Part shown: piece by piece, positions 51,496 through 64,000 of the stretch | Layout: the number at the start of each line of letters is the position of its first letter | Numbering within the stretch: position 1 is the first letter of the stretch | Source of the DNA: Eledone cirrhosa | Taxonomy: Eukaryota | NCBI GenBank assembly: GCA_964016885.1 | Contig: OZ024766.1 | Coordinates: 18,724,001-18,788,000 of the forward strand | Direction of reading: 5' to 3' | Length of the DNA stretch: 64,000 bases | The notes under the pieces: generated by a model | Databases searched by the model: none | What the model was told of the DNA's origin: nothing | The model's input: the letters and a program-made list of their open reading frames with translations, nothing else | Made by a program: the position numbers and the translations under genes

Positions 51496-52027
51496 GGAGG
51501 CACATAGCTTAGTGGTTAGAGCATTGGCCTTGCAATGGAAAGGTCGTGAGTTCAATTCTCAGACCGGGTGATATGTTGTTTCCTTGAGCAAGACACTTTA
51601 TTTCACATTGCTCCAGTTTACTCAGCTGTAGAAATGAGATGATAGGGACTGGGGTCCCTATCATTCCACTGTAAAGTGGTCGTGGATGTGCCACGGCAAA
51701 AAAGTACCCAGCCCTCACTGTAAAGTGGTCGTGGAGGTGCCACGGCAAAAAAAGCACCCAGCACTCACTGTAAAGTGGTTGTGGAGGTGCCACGGCAAAA
51801 AAGCACCCAGCATTCACTGTAAAGTGGTCGTGGAGGTGCCACAGCAAAAAAGCACCCAGCACTCACTGCAAAGTGGTCGTGGAGGTGTCACAACAAAAAG
51901 CACCCAGCACTCACTGTAAATGAGGTTGGTGTTAGGAAGGGCATCCAGCTGTAGAAATCAAGCCAGAATCAGTTCCCGTCCCACCCTTGCAAGCAGGGAA
52001 AAGCGGACGTAAAATGATGATGATGAT
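51496..52027 (+). mobile_element. tRNA-derived SINE with five 49-bp internal repeats
   Basis: A and B boxes, core, tail. Confidence 0.85.
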
Positions 52028-52137
52028 TAATAACTCCAGAAAACTTTTCCTGTTGAGTGCTTCTAATCTATTGTAAAACTATATTCATTGAGTAATAAAT
52101 GACCCTTGTTTAACTTTTGGTTATATATATATATATA

Positions 52138-52718
52138 TATATAAAACTAAGGATGTCTGTGTGTGGTGTGTGTGAGTTTGAATCCCTAAAACTAGAGAAG
52201 CACCCAACCGACTGTTTTCAAACTTTACACATGTAATACTTATGTTTCAGGGAGTGTTATGAGCAAAAAAAAATTTCAAATTTTCAATGCCCTAGGGACC
52301 GCATTAGGCGATTTAGCGATCTCTCTCTATAATTCTTAGTCTTTCTCTTATTAGATAGATACATACATATAATGTCGCGCCCTTATATCTGTCTGTATGT
52401 CTGCATTATGTCACTTCCTATAATTCGCACTACGTCCAGAACGCGCCCTTATAATATCTGTCTGTATGTCTGACTGTCTGCTGCCTCCGGTTATTCAGCC
52501 ACCCTTGCTCACGACAAATCTCACACTCATTCCCCAAACAGTTGGTAAGTGCACACAGCTTCTTCCTCACGTTTTAAGCCACAGTGTTGCTTACTTACGT
52601 ACCACCAGACCCTTACTTCTTTGCCAGCCGTGGTTGTGGCAATACTAAGCTTAGCTAAGGCGGTTGGTTATATATTTCACAATACCTTATCCCGTGCAAC
52701 GCCGGGTACCACTGCTAG
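52138..52718 (+). mobile_element. Non-autonomous Helitron-like element
   Basis: 3' end CCCGTGCAACGCCGGG...CTAG-T; the same terminus occurs at about 19522-19550. Confidence 0.7.
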
Positions 52719-53825
52719 TAGATATATAAATTAGCGAGAATCGCATTTCGGCTATTGGAAATTAGCGCAAAACAACTTCCGAAATGTGGCAAGCGCTCAA
52801 TAGAAACGAGTGAACCTGAGCAATAAACATACATTAAAAGCCCAAACACACTGAGATGATGGTTAAACCATTAACCCCAAAGCCATAGAAGCGAGCAAGC
52901 TATTTGAGTCAAACAATTAAAATCTGATTGGAAAAAATATATATATATACAGGAACGAGTAGGACCCCGACGGCTGAGCTCAAGCCGTTTCGACGGCTAA
53001 TAGTCCAGTATTAGCTGTCGTAACGGCTTGAGCTCAGCCGTCGGGGTCCTACTCGTTCCTATTACCCACTCTACTACCCTAAGTATTGAGTACTTTGGTG
53101 CGTTATGGTCCACCTGGTTCCTTACCACATTTCCTTCGTTATATATATATACAAGTACATATGTATGTATATGTATATGTGTATATACATGGGTGCATGT
53201 GTATGTATATGCAAAGGGGACATAGAAATAGTCGGGCTGGACACCCGATCGCGCGGTTACACCACTGGGAGTGAAGGACCCCTAGCCTTTGTCAGGGCAT
53301 TCTTCTAGGAGAAGGCAACTCAGGAAACTGGGATAACTCCGATATAAAACCTGTGGCTCAGTAGTTACCGATGATGTTGATCTTTTCTTCTTTTCAGGTT
53401 ATAGCTACTGTCGCTCAGAGAGTGGGATTGGCTCAGTGCACAGTCTTTCCTCACTTTAAAACATATCTTCACACACAGGCATTGCACGATAGAATTAATT
53501 GATAATTATTAATAATGGTATATCGTGCAATGGCCATACTCGATAACGAGGGGGCAGCCATCATATATATATATATATATATAAAGAAAAGATTCAGGAC
53601 CCCGATGGCTGAGTTTCGGCCGTTTCGAAAGCTAGATCCGAACAGCCATCGGGGTCCACTCTACTACTCCAAGTATTGAGTACTCTGGTGGGTTAGAGTC
53701 TAGCTGGTGTATACACACACACACATATATCTATATATATATATGTGTATCCCAGGCTCAATCATGGATAACAACAGTAAGTAAGGTACTCAATACATAG
53801 AGTATAAATATTTAATATAGAAATG

Positions 53826-53875
53826 GCTTCTACAGGACTAGAACTGTTTCATTCAAAGGAAATCATCTGGAAAGC
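53826..53875 (-). ncRNA. Hammerhead-like motif (CAGAUGA variant), left member of an inverted pair
   Basis: UUUC-CAGAUGA-UUUCCUUUGAAU-GAAA-CAG-UUCUAGUC-CUG-UA-GAAG. Confidence 0.5.
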
Positions 53876-53930
53876 TGACTGTCAATGTAATGTGGTGGCA
53901 TTTATACAGAAAATGCATAAATGAGTCGGA

Positions 53931-53977
53931 TTTCCTGATGACTTCCTCTGAACGAAACAGTTCTAGTCCTGTAGAAG
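53931..53977 (+). ncRNA. Type-I hammerhead ribozyme candidate with intact core, right member of the pair
   Basis: UUUC-CUGAUGA-CUUC-CUCU-GAAC-GAAA-CAG-UUCUAGUC-CUG-UA-GAAG. Confidence 0.65.
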
Positions 53978-54022
53978 CTATTTCTATATTATATATATGT
54001 ATGTATGTATATATTGATTTAT

Positions 54023-54632
54023 GTCAGGTCACCAGTTGGTGCTACTGGTAACATGTATCCCAGTACAACCTGTCCCATGGTCGGGTCGTTGGCGACTAAA
54101 CTGGCAACCCCACCAAGGTTTCTTGGTGAGGAGGGTGACTTTGGACATCCTGCAGGACTAAAAACAAAACCTGTCAAAGGGCAAAGGAGCTCTTAAGAGT
54201 CAATGGCCATCCAAAATCACCGGGAGAGATGACCCCTTAGCCTTTGTCAAGGCAGAATTCTAGGAGAAGGAAAACTCTGATATAACACCTGCAACCCTGA
54301 TGGTATCCAATGATGTAGACTTGTTCTTCTTTTTGGTAAATATCATCTTGGTTAAGAGAGTGGGACTGGCTTTGTGCAGTGCCTTTGCTCACTATAAAAG
54401 CTTCACGGCACAGGCATTGCTTTATATCTGGAGATCTCTCTGCACTTGTCGTCACATGGTACCATGGGCCCAGCACTATGTGTCAATAATTGTCACAGGT
54501 GTAGTGTTTGTACCAGAGTTTTCAAGTCACTGGCTGGACTAAAAAGTCACACTCGTTCAGCGCATCGGTAGGGGTTCTCCTACATGGATATAAAGTAGTG
54601 GCCGTACTCGAAAACGAGTTGGCAGCCACCAT
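54023..54632 (+). mobile_element. Internally deleted RTE-type element (5' UTR joined to C-terminal C2H2 finger and 3' end); relative at about 53215-53563
   Basis: TCTAGGAGAAGGAAAACTCTGA 5' UTR-type motif; peptide CSVCTRVFKSLAGLKSHTRSAH; shared 3' end GGCCRTACTCGA.AACGAG..GGCAGCCA. Confidence 0.6.
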
Positions 54633-55309
54633 ATATTGATCTAGTACCATGAGAAAAAGCACCCAGTCCACTCTGTATGGTGGTTGTTTTGGTGCCACAA
54701 TAAAAAGCACCCAGTCCACCCGTAAATTAGGAAGGGCATCCAGCTGTAGAAACCAAGACAAGATACAGGTCTGTATTAGCATGACATGGTCTCCGGGCCT
54801 GACTTGTCTCATGACACAACTCATCTAGCACACACAGTCATGGAAAATAGTCGTTAAATGATGATGATGATGATATATATATATATAAATGGAGTTACAA
54901 TATGTGTGTATATATATATATAAACATACATACAAATACACGCGCGCACACACATATATTACACTTAGAAAGAGTGAGTCAAGGGACATAACTCAAATGG
55001 GCCACTTCAGAGTTAAGTGGAAATTGTTGGGGACTCAAATGACAAGGGGAGATAATTCCGAAAACAAAACAACCTCAGAAATTTTTTGTTTTAAGGGTTA
55101 CGAATGATACATTATTTTAACATAGATTATATCACCCCCCCCCCCCTGCTTCTTTTGGGGGAGGGGAAGGTTCTTGGTAATAGTACACAATAAAATACAC
55201 ACCCAGTACACTCTGTAAAGTGCAGTTGGTTTTAAGAAGGGCATCACACTGTAGAAACTGCTAATGAAAGGGTTGAAATGACATAAAAACGTAGCTAGTG
55301 TTAGTACCA

Positions 55310-55765
55310 TGCTGGAGCCACGACAAAAAGCACACAGTCCACCCTGAAAGGTGGTCGTGCTGGTGGCACGACAAAAAGCACACGACACACCCTGAAAGGT
55401 GGTTGTGCTGGAGCCACGACAAAAAGCACACAGTCCACCCTAAAAGGTGGTTGTGCTGGTGCTACGACAAAAAGCACACAACACACCCTGAAAGGTGGTC
55501 GTGCGGGTGTCACGACAAAAGCACACGGCACACCCTGAAAGGTGGTCGTGCGGGTGCCACGACAAAAAGCACACAGTCCACCCTGGAAGGTGGTCGTGCT
55601 GGTGCTATGACAAAAAGCACACAGTCCACCCTGTAAGGTGGTTGTGCTGGTGCCACAACGAAAAGCACAGTCCACTCTGAAAGGTCGTTGTGCTGGTGCC
55701 ACAACAAAAAGCACACAGTCCACCCTGAAAGGTGGTCATGCTGGTGCCACAACAAAAAGCACACG
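55310..55765 (+). repeat. About 48-bp tandem array, variant of the LINE/SINE 3' module
   Basis: ACGACAAAAAGCACACAGTCCACCCTGAAAGGTGGTCGTGCTGG units. Confidence 0.85.
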
Positions 55766-55964
55766 GCCCATCCTATAAATTAGTTGTGCCAGTGCTAGGA
55801 CAAATGGCCCCCAGCCCAGCCTGGTATTAGGTAGGTCATCCAGTTGTAGAAAACAAAACACCCTAACCTAAAACAGAGCGTATGAGTAAGCCATGGTCAG
55901 TTGACAGTCTGCCTAACCCACAGGAATATTGAAAATAGACCTTAAATGGTGATGGTGATGTGTT

Positions 55965-56150
55965 ATGTCGTACGGTGAAGGTGTTGGTGATACGATCACA
56001 AGGCTGGGTGTTGGAGTTCTGGACAGGGTGGTGAACAGTTTTGCCGCAGAAAGAGAGACTTTCGATCCACTCAGCTGAAAATGAGTACCTGTAGCATCCG
56101 TGAGGGAAGTTAACCTTGTGATGGATAGGTGTCCCTTCCAGGGGGAAGAA
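55965..56150 (+). mobile_element. Old degenerate tRNA-derived SINE
   Basis: Degenerate A and B boxes, TCCACTCAGCTGAAAATGAGTACC and GATGGATAGGTGTCCCTTCCAGGG conserved-domain-like motifs. Confidence 0.5.
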
Positions 56151-57009
56151 AAAGTCTTGCACTTTGTCACGTAGTATCCATGGAATCAGACTAATCTCTG
56201 ACGTGAAGTATTTGGTGCTACTTTAGCGAGCGGTCTACCACAATATGCATAGTCAACGCTGTCAAATGAACTTAAATCCATTTTTCTATATATACTATTG
56301 TATTTTCACAGTAAAGGCTTTACCTCACATAATATCTCACATAACATTTACATTACTCTATATATACTATTGTATTGTCACAGTAAAGGCTTTACCTCAC
56401 ATAATACCTCACATAACATTTACATTACTCTATATATACTATTGTATTGTCACAGTAAAGGCTTTACCTCACATAATATCTCACATAACATTTACATTAC
56501 TCTATATATACTATTGTATTGTCACAGTAAAGGCTTTACCTCACATAATATCTCACAACATTTACATTACTCTATATATACTATTGTATTTTCACAGTAA
56601 AGGCTTTGCCTCACATAATATCGAATCTATGAGATTTTGATATTTATTTTGAGAACACCCTTACGTTGGTATAAATGACCAGTTACAACCGGTTTGAACA
56701 GAAAGAAGTGAGAGAATTTTGGCTGGAAACGGACGGTTTAAATGTTAAAGAGTTAAGCATGTGGTCTACCCATTTCATGTATGACTGGTCGATATATAAA
56801 AGGGCAAACAATGAAAACCCACATCAACATCTTTCTCTGAACCGGATAACATTGGCCAGTCTACCTCTTCATGTATTAACGATTATGGCTCTAAAGAAAA
56901 TATGAGGCGTTAGTAGAGAGCTTTTCTAGCCACACCTTGATCACTTTTGCTGCATATTTGTTTGTGGCACTCCTAAATCATACACAAAGTACATATCATT
57001 AATTTAAGT

Positions 57010-58330
57010 TTAAAGAAGGGAGGTAGGCATAAAAGCCAAACCTGCTGTCTTTAATTCAGTTTTCATGCCAACCCTTAACTATGGTCATGAATCTTGGGTA
57101 AAAAACAAAAGAATACGATCGCAAATACAAGCAGCTGAAATGGGATCCCTTTGAACGGTCTTTGGAGTAATGGCACTTGATAGAGTGTGTAGCTCGGAGA
57201 TCAGAGCTCTGATACTATGGACATGTGGTTCGAATGTCTCAGGAAAGAATCACTGGAGAGTCACTCCAGGTAGAGCTGCTACTTCTCTGAATTGAGAGAT
57301 CACAGCTCTGATACTATGGAGATGTGGTTAGAATGTCTCAGGAAAGAATCACTGGAGAGTCACTCCAGGTAGAGCTGCTACTTCTCTGGATTGAGAAACC
57401 ACAGCTCTGATACTATGGACATGTGGTTAGAATGTCTCAGGTAAGAATCACTAGAGAGTCACTCCAGGTAGAGCTGTTACTTCTCTGAATTGAGAGATCA
57501 GAGCTCTGATACTATGGACATGTGGTTCGAATGTCTCAGGAAAGAATCACTAGAGAGTCACTCCAGGTAGAGCTGCTACTTCTCTGAATTGAGAGATCAC
57601 AGCTCTGATACTGTGGACGTGTGGTTAGAATGTCTCAGGAAAGAATCACTGGAGAGTCACTCCAGGTAGAGCTGCTACTTCTCTGAATTGAGAGATCACA
57701 GCTCTGATACTATGGACATGTGGTTAGAATGTCTCAGGAAAGAATCTCTAGATTAAGAGATCACAGCTCTGATACTATGGACATGTGGTTAGAATGTCTC
57801 AGGAAAGAATCTCCTAATTGAGAGATCACAGCTCTGATACTATGGACATGTGGTTAGAATGTCTTAGGAAAGAATCTCTGAATTGAAAGATCACAGCTCT
57901 GACACTATGGACATGTGGTTAAAATGTCTCAGGAAAGAATCTCTGAATTGAGAGATCACAGCTCTGACACTATGGACATGTGGTTAGAATGTCTCAGGAA
58001 AGAATCTCCTAATTGAGAGATCACAGCTCTGACACTATGGACATGTGGTTAGAATGTCTCAGGAAAGAATCTCTGAATTGAGAGACCACAGCTCTGACAC
58101 TATGGACATGTGGTTAGAATGTCTCAGGACAAGAATCACTGGACAGATTTTATGAGCAAAACCAACCGGCAGGAGACCCAAGGGTAGACTTCAAGCAAGA
58201 CGGTTGGATAACATTCATAAACTTGGCTGATCTCACTTGGGGACCCAGCCAGATCAGTTGGAGACACTTGCTTCTGACAGGACTCTCAGGATGGAGTATT
58301 TGAGGAGTCTGCTCCAATGAAGTGTAAATG
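57010..58330 (+). mobile_element. Degenerate RTE RT 3' fragment with internal tandem amplification
   Basis: PTLNYGHESW...QIQAAEM peptide, then repeated IERSQL.YYGHVVRMSQER units, then GRRPKGR. Confidence 0.75.
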
Positions 58331-58459
58331 GTAAGGTAGACCACACACTAAAGTAGCACAAAATATTTATTATTGTAATTGAATTTACAACGGATCAAGC
58401 AAGCTGTGTTGGTTGTTAAGGATAACGTACGGCAACGATGAATCATGGATGTGTTGAGA

Positions 58460-59772
58460 GAAAAACTGGGAATCAAATGTAGTGTGCAGGAGAGGAGACT
58501 GCACTGGTATGGACATGTGGTGTGTATGGATGGTGATTGTTGGGCGAAGAAGCGTCAGGGGTTCCCAGTGGAAGGAAAACTGAAAAAGACCTAGGTAGAG
58601 AGAAAAACATTGGTTATAAGAAGAATCAAGTGTAGTGTGTAGGAGAGGAGACTGAGCTGGTGTGGACATGTGGTGTGTTTGGTTGGTGATTGTTGGGTGA
58701 AGAAATGCCAGGGGTTCCCAGTGGAAGGAAGATGCAGTAGAGGAAGACCTAGACAGAGAGAAAAACTGGTTATAAGAGGAATCAGATATAGTGTGTAGGA
58801 GAGGAGACTGAGCTGGTGTGGACATGTGGTGTGTTTGGTTGGTGATTGTTGGGTGAAGAAATGCCAGGGGTTCCCAGTGGAAGGAAGATGCAGTAGAGGA
58901 AGACCTAGACAGAGAGAAAAACTGGTTATAAGAGGAATCAGATATAGTGTGTAGGAGAGGAGACTGAGCTGGTGTGGACATGTGATGTGTTTGGTTGGTG
59001 ATTGTTGGGTGAAGAAATGCCAGGGGTTCCCAGTGGAAGGAAGATGCAGTAGAGGAAGACCTAGACAGAGAGAAAAACTGGTTATAAGAGGAATCAGATA
59101 TAGTGTGTAGGAGAGGAGACTGAGCTGGTGTGGACATGTGGTGTGTTTGGTTGGTGATTGTTGGGTGAAGAAATGCCAGGGGTTCCCAGTGGAAGGAAGA
59201 TGCAGTAGAGGAAGACCTAGACAGAGAGAAAAACTGGTTATAAGAGGAATCAGATATAGTGTGTAGGAGAGGAGACTGAGCTGGTGTGGACATGTGATGT
59301 GTTTGGTTGGTGATTGTTGGGTGAAGAAATGCCAGGGGTTCCCAGTGGAAGGAAGATGCAGTAGAGGAAGACCTAGACAGAGAGAAAAACTGGTTATAAG
59401 AGGAATCAGATATAGTGTGTAGGAGAGGAGACTGAGCTGGTGTGGACATGTGGTGTGTTTGGTTGGTGATTGTTGGGTGAAGAAATGCCAGGGGTTCCCC
59501 GTGGAAGGAAGATGCAGTAGAGGAAGACCTAGACAGAGAGAAAAGCTGGTTATAAGAGGAATCAGATATAGTGTGTAGGAGAGGAGACTGAGCTGGTGTG
59601 GACATGTGGTGTGTTTGGTTGGTGATTGTTGGGTGAAGAAATGCCAGGGGTTCCCAGTGGAAGGAAGATGCAGTAGAGGAAGACCTAGACAGAGAGAAAA
59701 ACTGGTTATAAGAGGAATCAGATATAGTGTGTAGGAGAGGAGACTGAGCTGGTGTGGACATGTGATGTGTTT
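58460..59772 (+). repeat. 156-bp tandem array (about 8 copies) of RTE RT C-terminal coding sequence
   Basis: Unit encodes a degenerate RGIRYSV.ERRLSWCGHV...VEGRCSRGRPR. Confidence 0.88.
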
Positions 59773-59929
59773 GGATAATAACTGTTTAAGAATGCTCATG
59801 GAACCCATGCTACTATGGGAAAACAAAGATGAAAATATTTCAGCATTACCTGGTCTCTATATTATAAATATATATATATATATATATACAGTGTATATAT
59901 TGTAGAAATATACATACTACATCTATCTA

Positions 59930-60340
59930 TCTAGGGTGTGTAAAATTCCCGAGATCCATGGACGAGTTCTCTCATTATCGCTGCAATGTCCTGCGTCTCC
60001 AACAGACCAGTGTCTGTCCTTAGGGCATCAACATACGTTAACCTTGGTCTCCCTTTTCCAGTGTGTCCATGTAGGGGCTCCCACAGGAGCACTGAGTGCA
60101 GTGTCAACTCTGGATGTCAGTGAGCATGTCCAGCTAACCTCAGTCTCCCTCTTCCAGTGTGTCAATGCAGGGGCTCCCACAGGAGCACTGAGGGCAGTGT
60201 CAACTCTGGATGTCAGTGAACATGTCCAGCTAACCTCAGTCTCCCTCTTCCAGTGTGTCCATGTAGGGGCTCCCACAGAAGCACTGAGTGCAGTGTCAAC
60301 TCTGGATGTCGGTGAACATGTCCAGCTAACCTCAGTCTCA
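59930..60340 (-). mobile_element. RTE 3' fragment with 3 tandem units
   Basis: Same family as 49585-50500. Confidence 0.8.
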
Positions 60341-60499
60341 GTATATAGTGTATATATTGTAATATACACTAGATTCTGTAAATATACACATTATATATTT
60401 TAAACATATAGACAATACAACTTTGATAGGTTTCGGCCATGTCTAACTTAATAGCATCACCTGGCGAAGTCTTTCAAATCACGATTCACACCCCAATCA

Positions 60500-61070
60500 T
60501 AATTTGGGTACCATGGCCCACTCAAGTGGAGAGTTACTGTTTTCGGAGACATATCCAGGTGTGGGAGGTTCATCCGGGATTTCTTGGAGGAATTTATCCA
60601 AAGACTTTTTGAATTTTTATGCGAACTGTTCCTGATTTTATATATTTTGGTGTAATGTTAAAGAGAGAGCGGGACCAATTGAGGTGAAATAATTGTGCCA
60701 TAATGTTGTTATGAGATGAGAGTTTGGTTTTTGTGGTGGATGGATAGCACAGGGCCCAAGCTTTGGGTAGATAGCACAGGGCCCAAGCTTTGGGTAGATA
60801 GCACAGGGCCCAAGCCTTGGGTAGATAGCACAGGGCCCAAGCCTTGGGTAGATAGCACAGGGCCCAAGCTTTGGGTAGATAGCACAGGGCCCAAGCCTTG
60901 GGTAGATAACACAGGGCCCAAGCTTTGGGTGGATAGCACAGGGCCCAAGCCTTGGGTAGATAACACAGGGCCCAAGCCTTGGGTGGATATTAAAGGTAAT
61001 GCCGACATCATTTGGGCAGTGCTGATGGAATATTTTCCACATGCAAATAATGTAACACTTACAGCATAAA
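60500..61070 (-). mobile_element. CR1-like LINE RT C-terminal fragment with internal 30-bp minisatellite (60740-60985)
   Basis: YIICMWKI...HPRLG(repeats)...HNYFTSIGP...FKKSLDKFLQEIPDEPPTPGY. Confidence 0.7.
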
Positions 61071-61516
61071 TATATACACTTCATATATTGTAAATAATCC
61101 CTCTATATACTCTATATACCGTGTATAATATAAATATAACCTCTGTTATATCATATATATACACACACAATATATATTGTAAATATATACACTGTATATA
61201 TAGTAGATATACACAGTATATATTGTAAATACATATTCAATACATTCTAAATGAGCACTATATATTGCAAATATACACTATATGAACAGGGTGTATTTTA
61301 CAGAGTGTACCATGTGTAATTTATCGTGACACCAGCACCAGAGAGGTAGTCTGTTGTCTTTGACAACTGAAGACTCACCTGTATTGGCACGGCTTCTAAG
61401 GTAGAAGACCTTTACAGAGTGTACTGGGTGTAGTTTATCATGACACCAGCGCTAGGGTGGTTGTTGGTCATGTCACCTTATGTTGCTGGCCCATGAAGTT
61501 TTTGTGCAGACACCAT

Positions 61517-64000
61517 TGTAAAGTGGTCATGTAGGTGTCACAACAAAAAGCACCCAGTCCACACTGTAAAGTGGTCATGTAGGTGTCACAACAAAAAGTA
61601 CCCAGTCCACACTGTAAAGTGGTCATGTAGGTGTCACGACAAAAAGTACCCAGTCCACACTGTAAAGTGGTCATGTAGGTGTCAACAAAAAGTACCCAGT
61701 CCACACTGTAAAGTGGTCATGTAGGTGTCACAACAAAAGGTACCCAGTCCACACTGTAAAGTGGTCATGTAGGTGTCAACAAAAAGTACCCAGTCCACAC
61801 TGTAAAGTGGTCATGTAGGTGTCACAACAAAAGGTACCCAGTCCACACTGTAAAGTGGTCATGTAGGTGTCACAACAAAAAGTACCCAGTCCACACTGTA
61901 AAGAGGTCATGTAGGTGTCACGACAAAAAGTACCCAGTCCACACTGTAAAGTGGTCATGTAGGTGTCACAACAAAAAGTACCCAGTCCACACTGTAAAGA
62001 GGTCATGTAGGTGTCACAACAAAAAGCACCCAGTCCACACTGTAAAGTGGTCATGTAGGTGTCACAACAAAAAGCACCCAGTCCACACTGTAAAGTGGTC
62101 ATGTAGGTGTCACAACAAAAAGTACCGAGTCCACACTGTAAAGTGGTCATGTAGGTGTCACAACAAAAAGCACCCAGTCCACACTGTAAAGTGGTCATGT
62201 AGGTGTCACAACAAAAAGTACCCAGTCCACACTGTAAAGTGGTCATGTAGGTGTCACAACAAAAAGTACCCAGTCCACACTGTAAAGTGGTCATGTAGGT
62301 GTCACAACAAATAGCACCCAGTCCACACTGTAAAGTGGTCATGTAGGTGTCACAACAAAAAGTACCCAGTCCACACTGTAAAGTGGTCATGTAGGTGTCA
62401 CAACAAAAAGTACCCAGTCCACACTGTAAAGTGGTCATGTAGGTGTCACAACAAATAGCACCCAGTCCACACTGTAAAGTGGTCATGTAGGTGTCACAAC
62501 AAAAAGCACCCAGTCCACACTGTAAAGTGGTCATGTAGGTGTCACAACAAAAAGTACCCAGTCCACACTGTAAAGTGGTCATGTAGGTGTCACAACAAAA
62601 GGTACCCAGTCCACACTGTAAAGTGGTCATGTAGGTGTCACGACAAAAAGTACCCAGTCCACACTGTAAAGAGGTCATGTAGGTGTCACAACAAAAAGTA
62701 CCCAGTCCACACTGTAAAGTGGTCATGTAGGTGTCACGACAAAAAGCACCCAGTCCACACTGTAAAGTGGTCATGTAGGTGTCACAACAAAAAGTACCCA
62801 GTCCACACTGTAAAGTGGTCATGTAGGTGTCACAACAAAAAGTACCCAGTCCACACTGTAAAGTGGTCATGTAGGTGTCACAACAAAAAGCACCCAGTCC
62901 ACACTGTAAAGTGGTCATGTAGGTGTCACAACAAAAAGTACCGAGTCCACACTGTAAAGTGGTCATGTAGGTGTCACAACAAAAAGCACCCAGTCCACAC
63001 TGTAAAGTGGTCATGTAGGTGTCACAACAAAAAGCACCCAGTCCACACTGTAAAGTGGTCATGTAGGTGTCACAACAAAAAGTACCCAGTCCACACTGTA
63101 AAGTGGTCATGTAGGTGTCACAACAAAAAGTACCCAGTCCACACTGTAAAGTGGTCATGTAGGTGTCACAACAAAAGGTACCCAGTCCACACTGTAAAGT
63201 GGTCATGTAGGTGTCAACAAAAAGTACCCAGTCCACACTGTAAAGTGGTCATGTAGGTGTCACAACAAAAGGTACCCATTCCACACTGTAAAGTGGTCAT
63301 GTAGGTGTCACAACAAAAAGTACCCAGTCCACACTGTAAAGTGGTCATGTAGGGGTCACAACAAAAAGTACCCAGTCCACACTGTAAAGTGGTCATGTAG
63401 GTGTCACAACAAAAGGTACCCAGTCCACACTGTAAAGTGGTCATGTAGGTGTCACAACAAAAAGCACCCAGTCCACACTGTAAAGTGGTCATGTAGGTGT
63501 CACAACAAAAAGTACCCAGTCCACACTGTAAAGTGGTCATGTAGGTGTCACAACAAAAAGTACCCAGTCCACACTGTAAAGTGGTCATGTAGGTGTCACA
63601 ACAAAAAGTACCCAGTCCACACTGTAAAGTGGTCATGTAGGTGTCACAACAAAAAGTACCCAGTCCACACTGTAAAATGGTCATGTAGGTGTCACGACAA
63701 AAAGTACCCAGTCCACACTGTAAAGTGGTCATGTAGGTGTCACGACAAAAAGTACCCAGTCCACTCTGTAAAGTGGTCATGTAGGTGTCACAACAAACAG
63801 TACCCAGTCCACACTGTAAAGTGGACATGTAGATGTGGTCATGTAGGTGTCACAACAAAAAGTACCCAGTCCACACTGTAAAATGGTCATGTAGGTGTCA
63901 CAACAAAAAGTACCCAGTCCACACTGTAAAGTGGTCATGTAGGTGTCACGACAAAAAGTACCCAGTCCACTCTGTAAAGTGGTCATGTAGGTGTCACAAC
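61517..64000. repeat. 48-bp minisatellite, more than 50 copies, runs off the window edge
   Basis: Unit CACTGTAAAGTGGTCATGTAGGTGTCACAACAAAAAGTACCCAGTCCA. Confidence 0.96.

Noticed and set aside
58385-59826. 458 and 411-aa ORFs
   Set aside because: Antisense translation of the 156-bp LINE-derived array.
61468-63986. Cys-rich repeat ORFs
   Set aside because: Translation of the 48-bp minisatellite.

Overview
Eukaryotic (animal) genomic DNA. The (TA)n-rich introns and SINE/RTE repeat landscape resemble an octopus (inference). The minus strand carries 20 internal coding exons (37945 down to 558) of a KDM5/JARID1/lid H3K4 demethylase gene. By my manual splicing all junctions are GT-AG with matching phases, giving 2520 nt and 840 aa with no stops: ARID, PHD1, JmjC, C5HC2 zinc finger and start of PLU-1. 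The JmjN exon was not found in 37946-64000, and the 3' end lies beyond position 1. Introns contain tRNA-derived SINEs, RTE, CR1 and Tx1-like LINE fragments, Helitron and MITE pieces, and many minisatellites, several of them amplified fragments of those elements. Most long ORFs in the track are repeat artefacts. The most notable signal is several unrelated families of minimal type-I hammerhead-ribozyme-like motifs, mostly arranged as inverted pairs or fold-back palindromes, some in sense orientation in the KDM5 pre-mRNA. Also noted: a candidate HDV-like fold at an RTE 5' end and repeated duplication of KDM5 splice donors. All structure calls were made by eye.
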